A DNA stretch of 64,000 nucleotides from Orbicella franksi (Eukaryota): positions 28,210,001 through 28,274,000 of the forward strand of contig OZ116698.1 of NCBI GenBank assembly GCA_964199315.1, written 5' to 3'. Shown here piece by piece: positions 51,301 to 63,931 of the stretch. The notes under the pieces were generated by a model. The model saw only the letters and a program-made list of their open reading frames with translations, ran no database searches and was not told the origin of the DNA. The translations under genes and the position numbers were made by a program. Every line of letters starts with the position of its first letter. Position 1 is the stretch's first letter.

Positions 51301-54300
51301 TGTCCTCGGGTTCGCCGGACGTTGTCACTTTGCTTAAGCTCCCAAATGTGGTCTTTGAAGGGGCACCATTATAAATATGACTTCGAAAAATGATAACCGG
51401 AACGATGCATTTTCATCGGTGAAAACCGAATTACATGTATGATGGCCTGGGTTTGTTGAAACCTCCTATATAAGTGCACTGCAACTTATTGCTAATATAT
51501 GTTGAGCATGCAGAAGTTGTGTTGTCAAATGTAAAAAACTCTGACTGATTTTGTCCTCATTCTTTTGTTGTTTCTTTGAAAAAAATCGCCACAAAGTAAA
51601 TTCTTGCAATTTGCCCCCACTCAACAATATCACTAATATCTCAACTCGACCGTTATTTTCGCATCGTTTCGACCGAGGACGCAGCAAAATTGCCGTGAAA
51701 CATGTAAATGTTTTCGTCAATAAATGCTTTGATAGACTACAAAAGGTAAAATTAGAGGTGTTAAAGTTCTAAGGTACTAAGATACTACAGTGTATTGCCC
51801 CGCTACACCAGAATTCCAGCTCAGCTTTGGCGAGCTGTGCCAGGAATTGTGAAGCGTTTCATATTCATGTAGTAATCAAGCATTGTGCTGAATTAAAATT
51901 TTTTTTTTTCTCAAAATTCAACGAAGTCAACGATGCAAAGAGTAGGACGGTGAGTACCACTAAGTCACTAAGTTACCAAGGTAATCATAGTTACTATTGA
52001 AACTCGTCAAAGTAACAGACTAAAGGATGGTTCTATTTTTTGTCAGGACTGTTCTCTTGCCTTCACTTCCTTGTTTATGAAAGCTGGAATTTTTATCCAT
52101 TTTTGGAGCTGATGCTGGGATACGTGAAAGATGACCAGTCTGTTATCAACTGCTTTGACTGCCATGGCCGCACACCACTTCATTTAGCAATCAAGTGGAG
52201 AAATGCCAAAGCTGCTAAACTTATGGTACAGTTTTATCTTGTTTGGATCTCATGACCCATGTTTTAGTCTATGGTAAAGTAAATTGAAAAACGTTTTTAT
52301 AATGAAAAAAAAAAACAAAAAACAAAAAACAGAAGATGACAATTGCCATTGTTTTTTTTTTTTTCTCTTTTTTCGGTTTGGCAACCACCATTGCTGTAAA
52401 CAAAAGACAATAAGGCCCAGTTCAGACGCCGAACTTTTCATGAGCCGAACTTAATTCGAATTTGGACCGACCCAAATTATCAAAAGTACACCTGTTGATT
52501 CAGACGTCGAACTTAATTCGTCGAACTTTATTTAGTTTAAACCAAAACACATCGAAATGTTAGCGATTTTCAGGCAAAGTAAAAACTGCTTGTAAAATAC
52601 GTTATAATAATTTAGACATTAGGTTCGGCTCATGAAAAGTTCGACGTCTGAATCAAAGCCGTTCCAAAGCCGAAATTACCGGCTGAGCTAGGCGGGAAGA
52701 ACGGCTGGGCCGTTCCAAATTCAAATAGCTGTTCTTAACTGATTCAGACGCCGAACTTTTCATGTACTTAATTCAATGTATTTGGTTCGGCTCATGAAAA
52801 GTTCGGCGTCTGAACTGGGCCTAAGCGATGACTAAGTCCTATAAAAACAAAAACTTTTTATACTGAACCCCAAGTAATACTAGAATAAGTTGCCAATCCA
52901 GGATTAAGAGTCAGTTTAATGTGTTCTCAGTAGTCCCTCCTCTTAGTTGCTCTTGCCTGACATTTTAAACTTTGCACAATGTCAAACTAACACTCCGAAA
53001 AACCCTTTTGAAAAGACAAAAATAAACGTCTTGGTCATAACTTTTATAGATTGCATTACTGTTGATCACCATTCAAACAACTGTGCGTTGAAGTAGTAAT
53101 AAATGATATTTTGGTCTTTAGATCGATAATGGTGCAGATGTAAATATCCGGTCCTTGAATGAGAAGGAAGATGGATTAGCTACACCCCTGATTCTAGCTG
53201 CAAGGTGCGAGAAAATATTTTATGGCTGTGCTGATTATTAGTCTGTGCCGGTCAGGTTTATTTGGAGTATGACGCTCCATCCTCACTACACTGGAGAATT
53301 TTGAGAACGCAGCTTTATTTCTACGGTTAGGCCCACTGTCCACGCTAATCTGTCACGAAAACGGAGCTTTTCAAAAACGCTCTTCAAACTGGAGGAATTT
53401 GAAAACGCTGGCTTTGCGTTTTAGTGTGGACGGAAAACATTTTTAAAAACGGAGCTTTTCGAAAACGATGACGTGACGATAATTATGTGTTTTCCTTGTC
53501 GGAGTTTCCTCACACACAAATCCAAAATGACCAGCGATTGTTGCGTTTTCAAATGGAGAGTGAAAACACCGATTTCAAATTTCTCCAGCGTAGTGTGGAC
53601 GGGTCCTCAGTGCTTGGGCAGTTTTTCTGGCTTTTAGTTAATTGCAAGCAAAAAGGTTTGATAAAAACACTTTTGATGGGGGTCTAATGTATTTAGTAAT
53701 CCTGTTCTGAGTTCGAGATTGATGATGTTCACAGATTGTTTTGCATTTAGTGGAAAGCGAGTAAAATGTGATTAGGAAAAACCCTACGCAGAATACACTT
53801 CACATGGACATTTCTTATAAGCAAGTTTAGTTTCAATTTTGTCGTAATTTTGAATCAAATGCAGAGGCACGATTTGTGTAAAGCTATGATGACATTTTTG
53901 TTTTGTTTTGAAGGCCAACCAATGTATGTCTCACTACCCTGCAAGACTTGTTACATGCTAAGGCAGATCCTAATATTGCTGATAACGTCGGACGCACCGC
54001 GCTATCATGGGCAGTCACCAACAAGATTGGTATGGTACCCTTTGCTGCTTATTATACAATTGGTCATTTTGGTCAACGGAGGCCAAACTTTAACTCTCCA
54101 CAAAACAAGAAACTTGATTGCATTTTTCATTTCAATGTCCCATTCTTCAGTTTAGCATTTGACCGTGATTTTTCAAATATCAGGAGTCTTTAAAGGACCC
54201 TAGTCAACCTCAAATTTTTTGCAAGTAATTTAATCATTTTGGCTTTCGTTTAGGTGCACTTCAAGCAACACTGTAATTGCCTTAGTGGAAAGTTTTAGTA

Positions 54301-57300
54301 CCTTGTCTGTAGTGTCAAGTTAACATTGGATTGTGCCTTCTTATTTTCTGTGCCAGACACCAACTCTACCCCTCTGAAGCTCTGCACAGCATTACTTGAC
54401 GGGGGTGCTGATGTGAACAGTACAGATAAGAAGCAACGGACTCCTCTTCATTATTCCATAAATTATACAACAGGAGGCTTTGAGACAATCACCGAGGTGG
54501 AGGATTTGTTGATCAAATATGGAGCAAACACAGTTGCACTGGATTTGCACAGCAGGATCCCTCTTCACTACGCATTTGTGAAAATGAACAGTGGGTGAGC
54601 TGGCTGGTTAATAGTCTCCTGTTGTACCTAGGTGTCGAGCATCAAGCTTTTGAAACCACATTAAGTTGTATTTGCTGTACGTTTTCCCACAGACACACCG
54701 ATTACACTATGTCTGATCTGTTTTCTGTTTATTGAGGTTGAGAAGATATATCAAACACTCAAGACAGTGTTTGACAGGTTCATTACCAAACGCCTCCAAG
54801 CTCGTCAAAAGTGTTCCGATACGTGTCGTATTTCAACTTTCTTCTCGGTCTTTGGAAATGTGTTAAACACGGCCTTTCGTGTTTGATATGCTGTATTACT
54901 TGAAATGCTTGCAAGCCACGTGAGCTTATCCCGGTTTCTGTAGCAGGAAGTGACCAGGAGTATTCTACTCCCCCTGGATAGGATGCTAGTCCATCGCAGG
55001 GTTAACCCCTTGAATTGTCGAGGCATTGTTTTGTCAGAAGCAAATAAGCATGCAAATTTTCATAGAAACACTTAAATGCCTTAACACACAATAAACTGTA
55101 TTTGCTGTTTATTTTCCCACAGGCACACCGATTACAGCATGTCTGATCCGATATCTGTTGTCAGCCTGCTGTGTGAGGCAATAACGGAGCAGGGTAAAGA
55201 TGCCAAGACACAGGTCAACCATCAGGACAACTTTGGACAGACACCTCTCCACAGGGCAGCTCTCAGGGGTGCCACAATTTGTTCTCTCAATCTTCTTCAG
55301 GTAGAGAAATATCTAATAACCCTTGATGATAGTTTTGTTCTCATCCATCAGCTAGGAGAGTTACCTGAAATCTGAGCGCAATAATTTTGTTGGAGTTAAC
55401 GTCATTCGCCTTTACGTTAAGTAATATGAGCAAAGAATTGAAACACCAAAATGTTTCCCAATGGGTTTTTAGGAAAATTCAGGAATTTGGTTATTAATGC
55501 GTGGATATTTTTTAAGTAAGCAAGTTTGAAATCATCGACAATCCTTTATGGCCCTCATCCCCAAGCTATTAAGGGTTAATTCAATTCCTGTCATTCTTTC
55601 CACAGAAAGGGGGATCACTTGAGATTAAAGACAATGACGGGAACACTCCACTGTCATTAGCTCTTCGTGAGCGTCATGATGGGTACTGTTATTGCTATTT
55701 TAGTAATCTAGGCATGTATGATTTCGAGCTTCGTCCTCAGAGTTGTGTTCTTGTTGTTGCTGTTTAGAACAGAAGCTAATGTTGGATACCGTTAAGAGTA
55801 CATTCAATGTTTTTCTAAAGAATAGGAGATTCGTTGTTCTGATACAGCGTTTTGCATTGGCCAAAGTGGTGTTACATGAAAAAGCTATTTCAAGAACACA
55901 CCAAAACAGATATAGCATCCTTGAAACTTGGCTTAAATTGCTTCTCTCTATACGTTTTGTTTCTGTGTGGCCCATTGAAAGCCATTTTGATCTAGATTAG
56001 TACACCAAAACCAAAAACATCATTAATTTTAGCAATTCTTAAGAAAACCGCAGTCGATCGATGACACTAAAAGTTGCCCTCTCGCACTCATTCGTTACTT
56101 TTGTTGTAAAGCTGTTCTGTTTTCCGTACGTTAGTTGTGCCATGATGTTTATGCAGAGTAATGCACCACCATCTTGTCCAGTTATAAGACCCCTTACACC
56201 AGAGGACTGGAAACAATATGAAAAACAGTGAGTCATTCAACAATCATAAACATTAATGGAGCTAAGTAACGGTTTGCGCATCTGAATGTTTCAAGTTCGT
56301 CGTTTGTAATCCGTGTTAATCTTCTCCATCCTTAACCATCCATGTTCCTTTATGGTTTATTATTATCTCTATGGTGATTTTCTATCTTAGTAAACTTCTA
56401 TTTTCAGGTTTCCTTAAAATTCAAGGTAATTTTATACGTGACCAAAAGAACTCAAGAAACTGTGATTGAGCTCCTTTAAAGGTCACTTGGAAAGTTTGAT
56501 TCCTAGTGTTAGTCTGATGGCAAGGTGTGATTGTTATTTCGCAATACTCTCACTTCTCCATCCATCAGACGTTCACACCAGGTGAACTACCGATAGCTGT
56601 TCCTAATTTAAAACCAGTCACTATGCTGCTCTTTTTATTGAACGTTTTGGCTTTCTTTCATATACTGGAGATGGTCCTTGGCTTTACTAAGGTTCGATCG
56701 TTTTTGTGCAGGTTAAAGTTGTAGAAGAGTTGCTAAATACTGTTTAATTAGCTGACTATCTAATAACGAAACTGTGATGATCTTATTCTTAGTATTTATA
56801 AATATATACGCTTTTTCAGCGTCCAGTCCCAAGTGTTTTCACCGTGTAATGTTTCTCAAAAATTAGGTATGTACACTTGCAGGTGCATCTGGCTTAGTCT
56901 AGTTCATGATGTCTTTCTACAGGAAAAAGAAATATCGGTGGGTGTGGAAGAATGTTGTCGACTTGAAGGAGCCCAAGCCAGATATCAGAACAGCCTTCCG
57001 CGTGGTGATTGATAACAACTGGCAGGGAATCGCTTATTTAATGTTGGAGGTAGCCGGACTGGACTTTCTTGAAGCTATACAGGTGAAGTAAACGTACCGT
57101 TTTACATGTGGATTACCTATTTTCCCAAAGAGCCATTACAATAATACTGTAATGTTGTTAATAACAATGTTGTATTTCAAGGGTTTCTCAGTAAATTTCA
57201 TCAGCGATTAGCATCTAACTTCTCTGAATTACTGTAATTTCTGAAGGATTCTTATAATAATTAGGACCTTATTTCCATTTCTTATGCAGTATCATTTTGT

Positions 57301-60300
57301 AAAACATGTAAGTCATTAAACAAACATTTTCTACGCTCGATTTTCTTTTGTGAAAGATGCACGAAGAGCTAAATTTGATGCCTGAATAGCTCAGTTGAAT
57401 AAGAAGGATTGTGATTTCAGGCAACACTCGAATCGAACAAGCTTGATCTTGCGTGGACACTGCTAAGGAAACAAAGAAAAGATGCATCGGTTCAGAAGCT
57501 TGATAAGAAAGGACATAACTTGCTTCATTTGTTAGCCATTCACTCTGCAAAACTGTGGACCCAAGTGGTTGAAAAGGTAAGCGCTATATTGAACTTGACT
57601 TCAGCCAGGTTACTCTAAGGGTAGTCTTGTTATAATATAAGCCATTGTGCAACCACATTTGGACATTTGGACAGTCAATATGATTGCTGGAGACGTCAAA
57701 ACAGTTGGGAATAAGCTTTTTTTTTTTTAAAAAAAAAATGTAAATATGTAATTTCTTTACCCACGGAGCACCAAGGAGTTCACAAGAACTCGTTCAGAAA
57801 TGCCCGTGCATTCGGGATCGAATTGGAATTTGGAAATGTTGGTTTTTGAGGAGAGGGGAAAACCGGAGTACCCGGAGAAAAACCTCTTAGAGCAGAGTAG
57901 AGAACCAGCAACAAACTCAACCCACATATAACGCCGGGTCCGGAAATTGAACCCGGGACACATCGGTGGGAGGCGAGCGCTCTCACCACTGCACCATTCC
58001 TGCTCCCCCAATTATCTTTCTGTCAGTCATTAAAGTTTGTATATGTTTATAGCATTGAGTTACATGTGTATTAGTAAACATACTTCAAAACACAAATTTA
58101 AGGTAAAATGTTTTTACTCAATCTAGAATAATTCTGCTGCAATGTTCTGCCGCTCAAAGCAAATTTCATTTTGTTAGGAAGCCTTACGAAATTATTGATA
58201 CATCATCGGAAAAACTAATTTTCATTCATACCTTTAGATAGCCAATCACCTGGTTCAGAGGGGAGTTCCTGCTGGTGCTGTTGACTCACAGGGTGCCACG
58301 CCCTTGCATTATGCTGCCTGTAATCATAATTTGGCCTTCTGCAGGTTTTTGTGGGGTATGACCGTTTAGTACATATTACTTTTGTAAGAAATTGTTGTTT
58401 GTATGTGCGCTATTGAGAATTTTATTAAAGAACATCCTATTCAACACGTTTGGTGAAAACGGTCGGTGTCCCTCTGACACACAAGGTTTTGAGATACTAG
58501 TTATTTCTATTTTCCAGACTCCAAGTTACGTTAGTAAGGCTGTAAGACGTATATAATTCATCTACAAAACATTTGTTGATATGATCCAAGGTATATTTGA
58601 TCTGTGATAGATTTGGGTTGCTGGCATAAGAGGGAGAGGAAATAATGCCATGTGCACGACTTTTGAAGTGATGTCAAAGATCTGTTCATTTCTGTGCATC
58701 AAAAGATTCTTTGTTCAAATTCTGTTGCGCAGCCAATGTCTTTCCCTTTTGAAATTGCTACGTATTTTAACGTACCAGGTCTCTCTATAGCCTGACCATG
58801 GAAGTTACATTGTCTTTGCTGCTTTGTTTTCTTTCAGAACAATCCCCATCATCCTTGGATATTGCTGACAACGACGGAGTCACTCCGTTTGCCGCAGTGT
58901 TTTCCAAGACGGAAAGTGGAATAATAACCCTTGTGGAGTAAGTTTTGTTCAAAATATGAAGAGGTCAATAAAAAATCGTTGCGCTCTTTTGGATCCATCG
59001 TAAGTGTGGAACAGGTGGTCAATCTTTTTCATGATTTTTGAAAATTGAAAAAATAACTTCGACAGTAAACGTCTGATCTTGAAGAACAATACTTTGAACA
59101 GGACAGTAGTCCATTTTGGAAGATGTGGGAGAGATACATGTGGTTTACAATAGCTCGGTACACACTTGAAATCAAGATTCAATTTCCAGGTTAAGACAAG
59201 AATTTCGTCCAAGTTATATTTTTATGGAGAGTTTTACCCATAAAAGTAGAAGAAACTGTGGATTTAAAGTAATTCAACGCTATGCAGTGCAATCTTTGTC
59301 CCATATGTTTGTGTAATGCGCATGCGTAGTAGGTTGACTCGGCAAGGTGAATTTCTTACAGCGTTTTTTATGGGTATATGTATATTTTTTGAAGTGCTTA
59401 CATTAAGTAACAATTTTTTTCCTGCAATCACAAGGTTTTTCGTAAGCCCGGCAAACTGCCACGTAAAGAAACTGGACGTTTGTTACAGTGTTCGAGACAG
59501 TAAAGGAGATAGCGGGAGCCATGACACCACCACTCCGTTGATTGAGGCCGCGTTGTCAAACAGTGAGAAAGTAGTTACGGACCTGCTGAAACATGGAGCA
59601 TCAGTCAATTTCCCAAAGGTAATTGACAATACAGCAACAGTTCCATGCCATAATCCAATTCTTATTCCACAGCGATGGAGTCGAAGTTAAGTAAGATAGC
59701 GTCATGTCGACTTATGTTCATGTACCATTGTCAGACCTAATATTGAGAGTTAGGTTTGTCGATGAGTGTAAGAGCTTGCAAGTGAAAGTTCAGTGAATAA
59801 TTCAAGCATCGGCCGTGTTTACCAGTCCTAGTCTGTGAATGAAACCCTTGCATGTCACCGACTGTGTGAAAGCTACTGAGTTGTACTTTCATGTAGTGCT
59901 GTTTGTTATGTTGTACAAGTTGTTTCTAACGTTTTTAAGTCTGTGAGTGAAACCCTAGTGTGACCATGTAAATGAAAGGTATTGAGAAGTGTTTTCATTT
60001 GGGATAGTTTATTAAACATGAAGCACAGTGATGAATGTGGATAAAACTTCTGTGAATAAAACACTTATGTGGGACCATCCAAGTGAAAACTATTCGGGAT
60101 TACTTAAATAGGGTGTTTCATGTTGAATGCTCTGAAAAATGAAATTTTGGGCCTTTATATTCAATTTTTCACTGTTCTGTTCCAGGCTCTCGGTCAGTGG
60201 GGATGATCGAAAAAGCGGGTGGGCGACGAGCGGGATAGAGATGACTAACGTCATATATTTAATCTAGAAGCCGTGATGTGAATGGTATAATGCAAAGAAA

Positions 60301-63300
60301 CAGCATCACTTGAATTGTATGCTCAGACAATTGAACGAGTGAATTAATCTATCTGTCCCCACAAGCTTTTAATTTAAAGTTTTTATGTTTACTCAGCACA
60401 ACGGCCGCACTCCGCTTATGGAAGTTGTCCGTAGCAACATGCTAGACATGGTCAAAGTACTGATTTATGCCACTGATGACAGAGCTGTCTGGGAGACTAA
60501 GGATACTACAGATGTCGATCTGTCATTACAGGACAATGACGGAAAATCCATGATTCACCACTGTGTGCAAAACAGAAAGGTAAGAACAAAGAGTAACCAG
60601 GTAACTGGATATACAACCGTTGCTACGATACCATACTGCAAAGTGAACTTTTTGCATAACGCGAAACTATCCGATTGTTGATTGTATTCTTGGCTTGCAC
60701 GTGACATCATGGTCTTCATGTTAGTGGACAAAAGCAAAGGATTTCTAGTTCTTTTCTCTTGTTTGGTTTTTCCATTAAAATCTTTAGGGACTGGTTACGA
60801 GCCAAAACGTGTATCTTCCTACTTGTATGTTTGGCCATCACGGAAATCAATAGATCAGTCATTACAGGTTAGTTCTCCAAATAATAAGTGTAGTCTTTTT
60901 TTCATAGTATGGATCTGCCGAAAATGTCGAGATGCTAAAATTTCTGGCCAGCTTTGAAGCGCCACTGTCTGTCAAAGACTTAGAAGGACACACGCCACTT
61001 TACTATGCTAAACAGCAGGGATCTGGCATTATGAAAATTGCGCTGGAAGAACTTCTAGAGAAAGCTGAGGCTAGCAAGGTGAGTAGAAAAGAATGAACTT
61101 CGTGGTAGTTTATCAGCTATCTTCAAATGCCGATAATGACTCCTGTTCTCCTCCCCCTCCTGAAAACAAGTCTACCAAATCTTAGTGCAAAAAGGTATCT
61201 TGTCTTCTCTCGGTCGTTTACTTCTCTACTATAGACCTTGTATTTCACCTTACAATGTATACCGTTCCCGCTTGGTTAAAGGGCTTCTGGTTCTCTTGAT
61301 GGCAGAGTTGAGTTGACTTGTACCGTGCGGTCTTCTAATATTGACGTAATATTAACATTAGTCCAATCACACTTGAATTAATTCCTTCCAATAATGGGCC
61401 CTTCCAAATGTAAGTTCACCAAGAGACTCTTTCCAGCTTTATATTCCAAGACGATCTGTTTTGTAAGGCCAAGGGGTGGGGATCTCACTGAAACTTCATT
61501 GTAGTCGCATTAATACAGTATTTGTGTAAATTGTATCGATCATCTAAGTGCCACAGACGCACTTTTCTCTTTTCAAGTCCTACCAGGCAAGTGATCCATT
61601 ACATCTGTAGTCGTAAATCTTTGGCTGAACTTGCCACAATTCGACCTCAGGAGTCTCAGGATAAAATAGGCAAGCGAGCGAAGCGAGCTGTGAGGTTTTA
61701 GGCCGCAAAGCGGCCGAGCTCGGGATGAAGTCGCGAGAGGGTCATAATTAAACAAGATGAAGGACTTTTCTGAAAGTCTAATCGTTGCTTTGTCGCTCCT
61801 GTTCATCTCCTAAATTCTTCTATAACAGGACACAGAGGAGCCAATGGAATATGACTCGGGATTTAGTTTTCTTACTTCCAGTGATGGCTTGTGGGAAGGC
61901 GTCACGCCAGATCCTAAAGCTGATGCAGAGAAAATACTTCAAGATGCGAAGGCACAGGATAAACCAGCCGACGAGGATGACACTAAAGTCAAAGTTGATT
62001 CAGCCTTCCGTATGGAAGGTGGAGGGTATGTGTCAGAGATTGTACAGAATGTACACGAGATGTTGATTCAAGCCTGTTTCCTTTAGCTTGACGTTGTAGG
62101 TAATCTAGAACGCTTAACTTTTTCTTTAGGTATGTGTATACCCGTATCGGGCCTACAATATTGTAGGCGTATCATGTGTAGACCCCGAAAGCGACGGGGA
62201 CCGAGAAGATGCGATTTAGAAACGAGAAAAATAAGCTACAATTAGTGTAAAGCCATGTCGGGTGGCATTATTTTACTCTTCACCGCACAGTTCCTAAATT
62301 CAGTGATGTGAAACTATTTGATATTCACCCTACATTGTCCATTAAAAGTACCTTTGACCTCGTTTTGTCATTTGTATAAATATAGAGGTGAATATGCGAT
62401 GTCTTTAATAAGGTCAGGGTTGAAGAAGCCCGTCTATGGAGCCTCAAAAAAGACTAAATAATTCTATGCCACTAAGAGCTTTCTAAACGAAACTAAAATT
62501 AAATCAGAGACGTGAAAAATTTAAAGGTGATGGCCAAGGCAACCTTTTTTTTGGAGTTTGTTTCATAAATATATATTTTTTTATTTTACAGGGAAGTATT
62601 TGTCGACCCTGAGACTGATGTGCCATATGATATCCTCGTGTCCAAAGTTGACGTCAAATATGGAATGTTCGGATTAAATAACTTCTATAAGATGCAGGTT
62701 AGGTCTTTGTAATGAAATACGTTTGCTATTGGTGGTTGATAATTTTAGCGTACGAGTCTCATTCTCTAGCTACATTTTAAGTTGTTACCAAAACTTTGCT
62801 TGCTTTCTTCCAGGGAGTGAAACATTGTCTAATCTCTCATAATGTAACATAATGTCTTTGCGCTGGGCAGTGCCTGTTAGTTCGTATACCCGCCTGTTGA
62901 TTAGCTCTTTGCCTACAAGTAGTTGATTCCTGAAGAAATTTAAACTGTGCATGGAAGAACTAAAGAGAGAAACATATTCTCTGAAATGTTGCAACTTCCA
63001 TTTTAGCAAGGAAAGGGTAAAAAAAAGTGTATCTTCAACTTGATCGGACATCTAGCGTTTGTGATGCTAGCGAAAGCACTCAATCAGTGACTAGGAAAAG
63101 TGCTAGGTGTGAAGTACAGTCATTGCACTGATGAAATAATTAAAGACAAAGAGATCTTTCCAGACACGTTTTCTGGGGCGGATCTAGGGGGGATAAAAGA
63201 CTGAGACGTTATAACATGCTGACTAGGCATTAGAATAACGGAAATCCCATTTCTGTGGACCTTCGCATCGCGAAGTCCCTTCTCTAAAATCCTGTACTGT

Positions 63301-63931
63301 ATCCGCTCCAGGTTTTAACTTTAAGGGGTGTTAAGAAAACTGTATGAAATGTTCGAATGAATTTATGTGACAGTAGTTTGAGACAGAAAAAAACTCTATA
63401 ATTTTCAGATTATCCACCACAAAGCCAAGGACCTGTGGGTGTTATTCAATCGCTGGGGTCGTGTTGGAGACAGTGGGCAGCACCAGAGGACACCTTTCAA
63501 TGATCCCAACAAGGCTACAACCGAATTCAAGAAGATTTTCAAAAGCAAGACTGGCAATGAGTGGGACAACAAGGACAAGTAAGATAAATAGCTGATAGTC
63601 TAGAATACAGATTATCCATGTCATCCATCTGTGTCCCTCGTTCCAAAATGTCAAGTTCGCTTGTTTTAGGGGCCGTTGCATTTTATTTTTTGTTCCATAT
63701 AACCCATGATTTGTTTGCAAGGCGTATTGTAGCCACGACTTTGCAACTAGTTTATTCCTTTTTTAATTTTACAGTTTTGACAAAAAGCCCAAGAAATATG
63801 CCCTTGTGCTGCCAGAAAGGAACCCTGAAAACAAGCGGAAGCGAATGAGTGAGGTTCTGAAGCCGTTCGAACTCACCAAGTGTCCTGCGTCACGTCTTGG
63901 TGAAGAACTGCAGTCGTTCATGAAGGCAATT
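30338..63931 (+). CDS. Giant ankyrin-repeat + WGR-domain PARP-family protein (PME-5/tankyrase-like architecture); 3' end lies beyond the window
   Basis: 42 phase-consistent exons: 30338-30925, 32567-32738, 33397-33706, 34145-34250, 34832-35001, 36149-36233, 36651-36797, 37478-37594, 39175-39252, 40212-40375, 40962-41190, 42189-42345, 42587-42795, 44816-45043, 45679-45723, 46121-46273, 46712-46858, 47638-47805, 48255-48404, 48636-48740, 49182-49214, 49365-49430, 50159-50378, 50927-50962, 52047-52225, 53122-53204, 53914-54029, 54357-54594, 55123-55300, 55606-55682, 56135-56227, 56923-57082, 57421-57576, 58238-58355, 58838-58937, 59435-59618, 60397-60579, 60908-61078, 61829-62025, 62592-62697, 63409-63578, 63775-63931. 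Total 6549 nt = 2183 codons with no stop. Many ankyrin motifs (GFTPLMIAC, GNTPVHYAA, GRTPLHLAI, GQTPLHRAA) precede a WGR domain. The PARP assignment is inferred from the WGR domain and what follows it; the catalytic domain is not in the window. Confidence 0.88.
31390..32035 (+). mobile_element. 5'-truncated CR1/L2-group LINE in intron 1 of the PARP gene
   Basis: ORF 31397-31795 reads YCSSVWS...LDKLQAVQNFACHIL...FDHITPLLKDLRWLPV...FKCM...APEYL. The element ends in AATAAA followed by (TATG)n. Confidence 0.85.
35300..35870. mobile_element. Two copies of a tRNA-derived SINE in opposite orientation
   Basis: The + copy at about 35300-35510 contains tgttgtgttcttaggcaagatactttactc...gagtagaaatactcc. 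The - copy at about 35608-35870 contains ggagtatttctact...gagtaaagtgtcttgtccgagaacacaaca. Confidence 0.75.
42904..44592. mobile_element. TIR element with CCC termini, TA TSD and TTCTAGAA/TTCCAG subterminal repeat arrays (CACTA/EnSpm-like)
   Basis: TA|CCCTTGTAAAACAAAT ... ATTTGTTTTGCAAGGG|TA. Dense short-motif arrays lie at 42920-43260 and 44290-44575. Confidence 0.65.
50270..50365 (+). repeat. (GAT/GAC)n coding microsatellite (poly-Asp)
   Basis: In frame with exon 23: GDDDDDDDDDDDDGDDDDEDEDDGDVEEDAEEE. Confidence 0.85.
52414..52821. mobile_element. Young PIF/Harbinger-like MITE
   Basis: TAA|GGCCCAGTTCAGACGCCGAACTTTTCATGAGCCGAAC ... exact 37-bp inverse|TAA. Confidence 0.9.
53272..53610. mobile_element. 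Harbinger-like palindromic MITE family copy
   Basis: Same family as 6452-6812 in the opposite orientation; ends ctccagcgtagtgtggacggg. Confidence 0.75.
57740..58009 (-). mobile_element. Full-length tRNA-derived SINE with a Nin/Deu-like core
   Basis: Minus strand shows an A-box region GGAATGGTGCAGTGGTGAGAGCG, B-box GGTTCAATTTCC, core GTGGGTTGAGTTTGTTGCTGGTTCTC...TTTTTCTCCGGGTACTCCGGTTTTCCC and an AT-rich tail. Confidence 0.8.
62592..63578 (+). other. WGR domain exons of the ankyrin-PARP gene
   Basis: Exons 62592-62697 and 63409-63578 translate to PYDILVSKVDVKYGMFGLNNFYKMQ / IIHHKAKDLWVLFNRWGRVGDSGQHQRTPFNDPNKATTEFKKIFKSKTGNEW. This matches the PARP1/2/3-type WGR signature (N.FY..Q...WGRVG...F.K.F..KTGN.W). 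Confidence 0.92.

Noticed and set aside
46320-56830. Intronic C/D-box snoRNA candidates (TGATGA motifs near 46348 and 56776)
   Set aside because: I could not find a matching D box with a terminal stem.
57930-58009. tRNA gene
   Set aside because: The A/B boxes are the head of a SINE. There is no complete cloverleaf, and the sequence continues into a SINE core and tail.
30338-63931. Assigning the symbol TNKS (tankyrase)
   Set aside because: A WGR domain, not a SAM domain, follows the ankyrin repeats, so orthology to TNKS is unsupported.
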